From the NCBI GenBank assembly GCA_977017645.1, contig OZ360221.1, positions 7,812,001 to 7,876,000 of the forward strand: DNA of 64,000 bases, read 5' to 3'. Under the pieces are notes generated by a model that saw nothing but the letters and a program-made list of their open reading frames with translations, did not search any database and was not told the origin of the DNA. Positions 62,501-64,000 of this stretch are shown here, one piece after another (position 1 is the stretch's first letter; every line of letters begins with the position of its first letter). A program made the translations under genes and the position numbers. Source of the DNA: Torpedo marmorata. Its lineage: Eukaryota.

Positions 62501-62885
62501 GCAGTGCTTGAGAATATTCTTGCGTTTGCATCTTAACTTGGGGCAAAGGCGATTGAATTTAAAGCAATTGTATTATCTTACAATGTTTGATTATAACATG
62601 CTGATTGTGACGTTCGATGGGCCGCAAATTACAGGCTGTGCTGTGATTGTTCACTCGCACCATATTTCAGAAAATTGTGGAGCTCGAGATGCTTCCTAAT
62701 CCCTGTGCGTTCCATGTCTTTCAGCTGTGGTACCGTCAAATCCGTTTCTTCATCGACACTTACTTTCAGTTGTGGTGGATTTACGGGTCGATATGTGAAT
62801 ATCATCGTCCCGGGTCCTAGTAGAATCCTGACCCTATGCGAGGTTCAGGTCTTTGGTTCCAAACTCCCCTCATTGGATGGAGAAG
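507..62885 (+). CDS. Predicted multi-exon gene (partial at both ends) for a very large tandem F-type lectin: 17 complete FTLDs plus a half domain in 35 exons
   Basis: Exons alternate A/B with AG acceptors and GT donors. Phases are compatible at every junction (A ends CT, B starts with 1 nt = Leu; B ends with 1 nt, A starts with 2 nt). No internal stops. FTLD hallmarks in each repeat: NVALG, A(I/T)DG, C-x-(H/Q/E)-T, PWWRVDL, RxDCC, GAEIRIG, GR(Y/F)VNI, LTLCEV(E/Q)V. Confidence 0.8.
2170..2452 (+). CDS. FTLD exon A1 (X type, 283 nt; His replaced by Glu)
   Basis: atacag|GG GGA AAC GTG...AAC AGA CT|gtaagt; CTET...RGDCCSERL. Confidence 0.9.
3101..3261 (+). CDS. FTLD exon B2
   Basis: tttcag|CTGTGGAACC...GGTGCAG|gtaggt; 161 nt; ends LPSLEGA. 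Confidence 0.9.
3790..4025 (-). mobile_element. tRNA-derived SINE (HE1/V-SINE-like)
   Basis: Reverse complement has a tRNA-like head and the V-domain-like core ggagtttgtacgttctccccgtgtctg; about 11 copies in the window. Confidence 0.75.
4346..4625 (+). CDS. FTLD exon A2 (Y type, 280 nt; canonical fucose motif)
   Basis: caacag|CA AAC TTG...AGA CT|gtaagt; CTHT...RRDCCSIRL. Confidence 0.9.
4776..8226. mobile_element. Non-autonomous Tc1/mariner element with long inverted arms; right TIR interrupted by a CR1
   Basis: TA|CAGAGTCCTCCATAATGTTTGGGAC at left. Right TIR is split (ending ...ttgtcccaag near 6355, resuming caagcattacggtggatactg|TA at 8206-8228). Tc1 N-terminal HTH-like peptide at 5104-5480 (RDIAQTFG..TVWNII..PRKTSTADGRRI..TTVHRRL). 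Confidence 0.8.
6355..8205 (+). mobile_element. CR1-clade LINE, 5'-truncated, degenerate ORF2 (RT)
   Basis: Fragments PLFKKG..NPGNYRPV, QHGF..RSCLT, GVPQGSVLGP, FFTQRVV..WN; 3' tail gttctatgttct. Confidence 0.9.
8245..9130 (+). mobile_element. Rex1/Babar-like LINE RT fragment
   Basis: Peptides PLLYSLYTHDC, KKARQRWFF..LRR, FYRCTVWSILTGC, typical of Rex1/Babar ORF2; frameshifted. Confidence 0.7.
9301..9461 (+). CDS. FTLD exon B3
   Basis: tttcag|CTGTGGAACA...CATGCAG|gtaaga; near-identical to B1. Confidence 0.9.
10925..11207 (+). CDS. FTLD exon A3 (X type, 283 nt; His to Glu, DG to DD)
   Basis: atacag|GG GGA AAC...CGA CT|gtaagt; ATDDN, CTET, RGDCCSERL. Confidence 0.9.
11514..11576. repeat. (TA)n microsatellite at the 3' end of a SINE
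   Basis: Imperfect TA dinucleotide run. Confidence 0.95.
11585..11830 (-). mobile_element. HE1/V-SINE-like SINE
   Basis: Same family core as 3790-4025. Confidence 0.75.
12149..12309 (+). CDS. FTLD exon B4
   Basis: tttcag|CTGTGGAACC...GGTGCAG|gtaggt; 161 nt (absent from the ORF track). Confidence 0.9.
12810..13500 (+). mobile_element. CR1 LINE 3' fragment
   Basis: MLAFISRGIEFKSREV..LVRLHLEYCVQLW..QRRFTR. Confidence 0.85.
13688..13740 (+). pseudogene. Short intronic duplicate of part of exon A4
   Basis: gcattggcctcccagtcgagtactaatcaccaggcaggagcccagcgagc closely matches ~13889-13938 inside exon A4. Confidence 0.75.
13872..14151 (+). CDS. FTLD exon A4 (divergent Y-position exon, 280 nt; motif lost)
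   Basis: taacag|AA AAC GTG...AGG CT|gtatgt; CSQT...RRDCCSEWL. Confidence 0.85.
14230..16450 (-). mobile_element. CR1-clade LINE, 5'-truncated, ORF2 fragments
   Basis: Minus-strand ORFs with KSPGPD, RSCLTNL, FSKAFDKVPH, GVPQGSVLGP, YADDTK; short-repeat tail (ataaccat)n; possible TSD CATTA (14225-14229 / 16451-16455). Confidence 0.92.
16735..16970 (-). mobile_element. HE1/V-SINE-like SINE
   Basis: Same SINE core. Confidence 0.75.
17050..21278. mobile_element. hAT(Charlie)-like MITE built from two ~130-bp palindromes (17050-17181, 21148-21278), split by an L1 insertion
   Basis: Termini CAGTGGTTTTCAAAC...GTTTGAAAACCACTG. The second unit is preceded by GTCTAGAG, a Charlie-type target. No outer 8-bp TSD seen. 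Confidence 0.7.
17247..21084 (-). mobile_element. L1-clade LINE, 5'-truncated, near-intact ORF2 (APE endonuclease + RT + Cys-rich region)
   Basis: ORFs 18820-21105 (GGDFN, TRIDLF, SDHSP, YRPISLLN, DAEKAFD, RQGCPLSP, LFADD) and 17535-18842 (CFRC..H..WLC) are separated by one frameshift at an A run. Poly(A)-like tail; TSD AAGGAAATGAACCTTT at 17231-17246 and 21085-21100. Confidence 0.95.
21420..22195 (+). mobile_element. CR1 LINE 3' fragment
   Basis: MLAFTSRGI..KSRDVMLRLYKALVSPHLEYC..FTRMIPGMKG. Confidence 0.85.
22311..22471 (+). CDS. FTLD exon B5
   Basis: ttttag|CTGCGGAACT...CATGCAG|gtaagg; 161 nt. Confidence 0.9.
23727..24009 (+). CDS. FTLD exon A5 (X type, 283 nt; His to Gln)
   Basis: atacag|GG GCA AAC...CGA CT|gtaagt; CTQT...RRDCCSERL. 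Confidence 0.9.
24670..24830 (+). CDS. FTLD exon B6
   Basis: tttcag|TTGTGGAACC...GGTGCAG|gtaggt; 161 nt (absent from the ORF track). Confidence 0.9.
25654..25933 (+). CDS. FTLD exon A6 (Y type; canonical motif)
   Basis: caacag|AA AAC GTG...AGG CT|gtaagt; CTHT...RRDCCSKRL. Confidence 0.9.
26188..27015 (-). mobile_element. CR1 LINE fragment with a short 5' fold-back
   Basis: Minus ORF 26571-26957 (RDLGVQI..LVRPHLEYCVQFWSP..RFTRMLPG); 28-bp perfect inverted repeat at 26951-27015. Confidence 0.88.
27076..27236 (+). CDS. FTLD exon B7
   Basis: tttcag|CTGTGGAACG...CATACAG|gtgggt; 161 nt. Confidence 0.85.
27283..27500 (+). mobile_element. HE1/V-SINE-like SINE
   Basis: ttagcgcaacgc..ggttcgaatccgg (box B-like)..ggagtttgtaagttctccccg. 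Confidence 0.75.
28355..28570 (-). mobile_element. Degenerate HE1/V-SINE-like SINE
   Basis: Weaker match to the SINE core on the minus strand. Confidence 0.55.
28680..28980 (+). mobile_element. HE1/V-SINE-like SINE with a 51-bp tandem duplication at its 5' end
   Basis: 28680-28730 is repeated at 28731-28780, followed by the full SINE body. Confidence 0.8.
29154..29421 (+). CDS. FTLD exon A7 (short X type, 268 nt; His to Gln, Arg to Trp)
   Basis: tgacag|GA AAC AAC GTG...AGA CT|gtaagt; DNSCTQT...RSDCCSEWL. Confidence 0.9.
30112..30272 (+). CDS. FTLD exon B8
   Basis: tttcag|ATGTGGCATC...GGAGCAG|gtaggt; 161 nt. Confidence 0.9.
30400..31080 (+). mobile_element. Old CR1 3' fragment, copied along with the lectin unit (paralogs ~34755-35425, 43340-44000, 51900-52520, 57410-58050, 63010-63655)
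   Basis: SRDVIMRLYIALVRP / FTRMIPG-like remnants at the same intron position in six units. Confidence 0.75.
31147..31478. mobile_element. Solo LTR-like insertion (332 bp, TGT...ACA, 4-bp TSD CTGG)
   Basis: ctgg|TGTAGCAGC...GGTCGCAACA|ctgg; paralogous introns show the empty site gatgctggaatct. Confidence 0.75.
32296..32575 (+). CDS. FTLD exon A8 (Y type; canonical motif)
   Basis: caacag|GA AAC GTG...AGT CT|gtaagt; CTHT...RRDCCSKRL. Confidence 0.9.
32908..33068 (+). CDS. FTLD exon B9
   Basis: ttacag|CTGTGGAATA...CATGCAA|gtaagt; 161 nt. Confidence 0.88.
33135..33350 (+). mobile_element. HE1/V-SINE-like SINE (probable recombinant of two SINEs)
   Basis: 5' flank resembles that of SINE 27283; 3' flank resembles that of SINE 28680-28980. 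Confidence 0.7.
33524..33791 (+). CDS. FTLD exon A9 (short X type)
   Basis: tgacag|TT AAC AAC GTG...CGG CT|gtaagt; CTQT...RTDCCSDWL. Confidence 0.9.
34484..34644 (+). CDS. FTLD exon B10
   Basis: tttcag|CTGTGGTACC...GGAGCAG|gtaggt. Confidence 0.9.
35480..35725. mobile_element. ~250-bp inverted-repeat element resembling two opposed Penelope termini (paralogs ~31130-31710, 44055-44300, 52570-52815, 58105-58350, 63710-63950)
   Basis: Left arm (aatctgctggaggaactcagcg in the 63.7-kb copy) is complementary to right arm cgttgagttcctccagcagatt; resembles the Penelope end ctgctgagttctccagc at ~41980. Confidence 0.55.
36299..36578 (+). CDS. FTLD exon A10 (Y type; canonical motif)
   Basis: caacag|CA AAC GTG...AGT CT|gtaagt; CTHT...RRDCCSKRL. 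Confidence 0.9.
36901..37061 (+). CDS. FTLD exon B11
   Basis: tttcag|CTGTGGAACC...CATGAAG|gtaggt. Confidence 0.9.
37965..38180 (-). mobile_element. Degenerate HE1/V-SINE-like SINE (paralog ~46555-46770)
   Basis: SINE core on the minus strand. Confidence 0.6.
38190..39591 (+). mobile_element. CR1 LINE RT fragment
   Basis: RSCLTNLVEFFEEVT, YMDFSKAFDKVPH, GVPQGSVLG, ADDTK, FTQRVV..WN. Confidence 0.92.
39592..42007 (+). mobile_element. Penelope-like retroelement (RT + GIY-YIG remnant), degenerate
   Basis: SVLSRGLTFV, DRPIVS, DVQSL..SIPH, FLQVNGVVMGT, RYIDD, RFAQHL, RKLKEHHFIIRLGTFQPDGIHIDF; terminal segment cccgaaacgtcgg..ctgctgagttctccagc. Confidence 0.85.
42113..42380 (+). CDS. FTLD exon A11 (short X type)
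   Basis: ttccag|GA AAG AAC GTG...AGA CT|gtaagt; CTQT...RTDCCSEWL. Confidence 0.9.
43066..43226 (+). CDS. FTLD exon B12 (probable chimeric exon)
   Basis: tttcag|CTGTGGTACC...GGAGCAG|gtaggt. Confidence 0.9.
44887..45166 (+). CDS. FTLD exon A12 (Y type; canonical motif, RVDL changed to RVHL)
   Basis: caacag|CA AAC GTG...AGT CT|gtaagt; CTHT...RRDCCSKRL. Confidence 0.9.
45489..45649 (+). CDS. FTLD exon B13
   Basis: tttcag|CTGTGGAACC...CATGAAG|gtaggt. Confidence 0.9.
46780..48132 (+). mobile_element. CR1 LINE RT fragment (duplicate of 38190-39591)
   Basis: Same motifs, with an additional small internal deletion near 47600. Confidence 0.9.
48133..50552 (+). mobile_element. Penelope-like retroelement (duplicate of 39592-42007)
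   Basis: ORF 48871-49635 with DVQSLYPSIPH, LNNFSF, GVVMGT, RYNDD, TDIYYKP; GIY-YIG C-terminal remnant at 49926-50249. Confidence 0.85.
50658..50925 (+). CDS. FTLD exon A13 (short X type)
   Basis: ttccag|GA AAG AAC...AGA CT|gtaagt; CTQT...RTDCCSEWL. Confidence 0.9.
51612..51772 (+). CDS. FTLD exon B14
   Basis: tttcag|CTGTGGTACC...GGAGAAG|gtaggt. Confidence 0.9.
53440..53719 (+). CDS. FTLD exon A14 (Y type; canonical motif)
   Basis: caacag|AA AAC GTG...AGT CT|gtaagt; CTHT...RRDCCSKRL. Confidence 0.9.
54009..54169 (+). CDS. FTLD exon B15
   Basis: tttcag|CTGTGGAATC...CATGCAG|gtaggt; 161 nt, open (absent from the ORF track). Confidence 0.9.
54440..54690 (-). mobile_element. HE1/V-SINE-like SINE (paralog ~60003-60255)
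   Basis: SINE core on the minus strand. Confidence 0.75.
55265..56020 (+). mobile_element. Old CR1 3' fragment (paralog ~60815-61570)
   Basis: EKCEVMH, FTRMLPCLE, KVKGG.FRG remnants. Confidence 0.7.
56220..56487 (+). CDS. FTLD exon A15 (short X type)
   Basis: tgtcag|GA AAC AAC...AGA CT|gtaagt; ATDGI, CTQT...RRDCCSEWL. Confidence 0.9.
57124..57284 (+). CDS. FTLD exon B16
   Basis: tttcag|CTGTGGTACC...GGAGAAG|gtaggt. Confidence 0.9.
58976..59255 (+). CDS. FTLD exon A16 (Y type; canonical motif)
   Basis: caacag|CA AAC GTG...AGT CT|gtaagt; CTHT...RRDCCSKRI. Confidence 0.9.
59573..59733 (+). CDS. FTLD exon B17
   Basis: tttcag|CTGTGGTATC...CATGCAG|gtaggt; 161 nt, open (absent from the ORF track). 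Confidence 0.9.
61772..62039 (+). CDS. FTLD exon A17 (short X type)
   Basis: tgacag|GA AAC AAC...AGA CT|gtaagt; CTQT...RRDCCTEWL. Confidence 0.9.
62725..62885 (+). CDS. FTLD exon B18
   Basis: tttcag|CTGTGGTACC...GGAGAAG|gtaggt. Confidence 0.9.
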
Positions 62886-64000
62886 GTAGGTTTCGAATGT
62901 CCCCTGAGGTTCTCGTTGTTTACAGCCTCATCTTTTCAGTTCCATTAGTTTCAGTTGATGCAATCTCGGCAGGCATCAATTGATACGATGCCAATAGAAA
63001 CACATTTCTATTGCATTCACTGATGTACAGAGGTACAGGATCTAAGAGCAATGATGTCATTATAAGGCTTTATATCGCACTGGTGAGACCTCGCTTGGAT
63101 CAGAGGGGTACAGATTTGTGTTCCTTGTTTATGAAAGTGTGGGATGACATTGAAATGGTTCAGAGAAGCTTTACAGGGATGATTCCTGGAATGAAGAGAT
63201 CAGTAGACGAGGAACATTATATTTGCTCTTGGACTATACTCATTGCAATTCAGAAGAATGAGGGGTTCCTCACAGAAGTACTTCGGGCGTTGTACGGCCT
63301 GAACAGCGTCGATGTAGCTACGTTTTTTGCCATTTTATGGGAATCAAAGAAAAGTGGGAAAAAACTCAATCGGATGGGCACCTATTTGAAACAGATATGC
63401 GGACGAATTTATTCAACCAATGACTGTCGAACCTGAGGAATTTTCTGCCACGGTCGGCTGTGGACACCCGGTCGTTGGGTGTATTTAAGGCAGATATTGA
63501 TGTGTATCTGACAAGTCAAGGTTTCAAAGGTTATGGGGAGAAGGCACAGGATTGGGCTGAGTGGGAGAATGGATGAGCGAATGATGGAAGGCGGTGCGGA
63601 ATGGAGGGGCCGAGCGGCCTTCTACTGCTCCGATATCGTATGTTCCAATGATCATATTGTTTAAGAACTGATCTCGGGGTCACGAGCATTGGTAAACCCG
63701 AGACATAGAAAGCAGCAGATGCTGGAATCTGACGCTAGACACAATCTGCTGGAGGAACTCAGCGGGTCACGAGGCTTGAGCTGATGAATAAGAATGGTCC
63801 ACGGTAGGTTCCGGAACCATTCTTCAAGACAGCGACGCGTTTTGATTAAATGTTGCCCCACAAAACTCGAACATTCTTTCCACCACTGATTCCGCTCCAC
63901 GCGTTGAGTTCCTTCAGCAGATTCTGCTTCGCTTCGGTAAACCCTGCTTTAAATCCGCGGCACCAAAACAATTGACCCTATACACCTACACAGAGAAGCC

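Larger units (their letters stand above)
51612..64000 (+). repeat. ~5.5-kb tandem repeat of the two-domain unit (two full copies plus the start of a third)
   Basis: Offsets B14-B16 5512, A14-A16 5536, A15-A17 5552, B16-B18 5601; introns colinear. Confidence 0.92.

Noticed and set aside
507-62885. Assigning a gene symbol or calling this the pentraxin-fusion protein
   Set aside because: No pentraxin or other non-FTLD domain is visible in the window, and orthology cannot be determined here.
244-63900. Many short ORFs overlapping the exons in other frames or strands (e.g. TWRWEE..., MHGDQENQGPLVES..., 59034-59777)
   Set aside because: These are shadow frames of lectin exons or TE fragments; they recur only because the DNA is duplicated.
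1-64000. CRISPR array, prokaryotic operon, retron/DGR, or V(D)J-type RSS-flanked segments
   Set aside because: The DNA is intron-containing vertebrate sequence and the RT ORFs are ordinary LINE or Penelope elements. I saw no repeat-spacer array and no consistent heptamer/nonamer signals flanking the exons (visual check only).

Overview
Eukaryotic (vertebrate) genomic DNA, most likely from a cartilaginous fish; this is inferred from HE1/V-SINE-like SINEs, abundant CR1 LINEs and Penelope-like elements. The whole window lies inside a + strand tandem array of F-type lectin (fucolectin, FTLD) exons. I located 35 exons: 17 'A' exons (268, 280 or 283 nt, phase 1 to 2) alternating with 18 'B' exons (all 161 nt, phase 2 to 1). 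All have GT-AG sites and none has an internal stop or frameshift. Joined in order they give one 7,595-nt open frame (~2,530 aa) with 17 complete FTLDs plus a half domain. No start, signal-peptide or stop exon was found in the window. The domains alternate between a type keeping the fucose-binding motif H-x26-R-x-D-x4-R and a type that has lost it. The array grew by tandem duplication of a two-domain unit (periods about 8.8, 8.6 and 5.5 kb). Introns carry CR1, L1, Rex1/Babar, Penelope, Tc1, hAT-MITE, SINE and solo-LTR insertions that record this history. All splicing claims are predictions from DNA alone.
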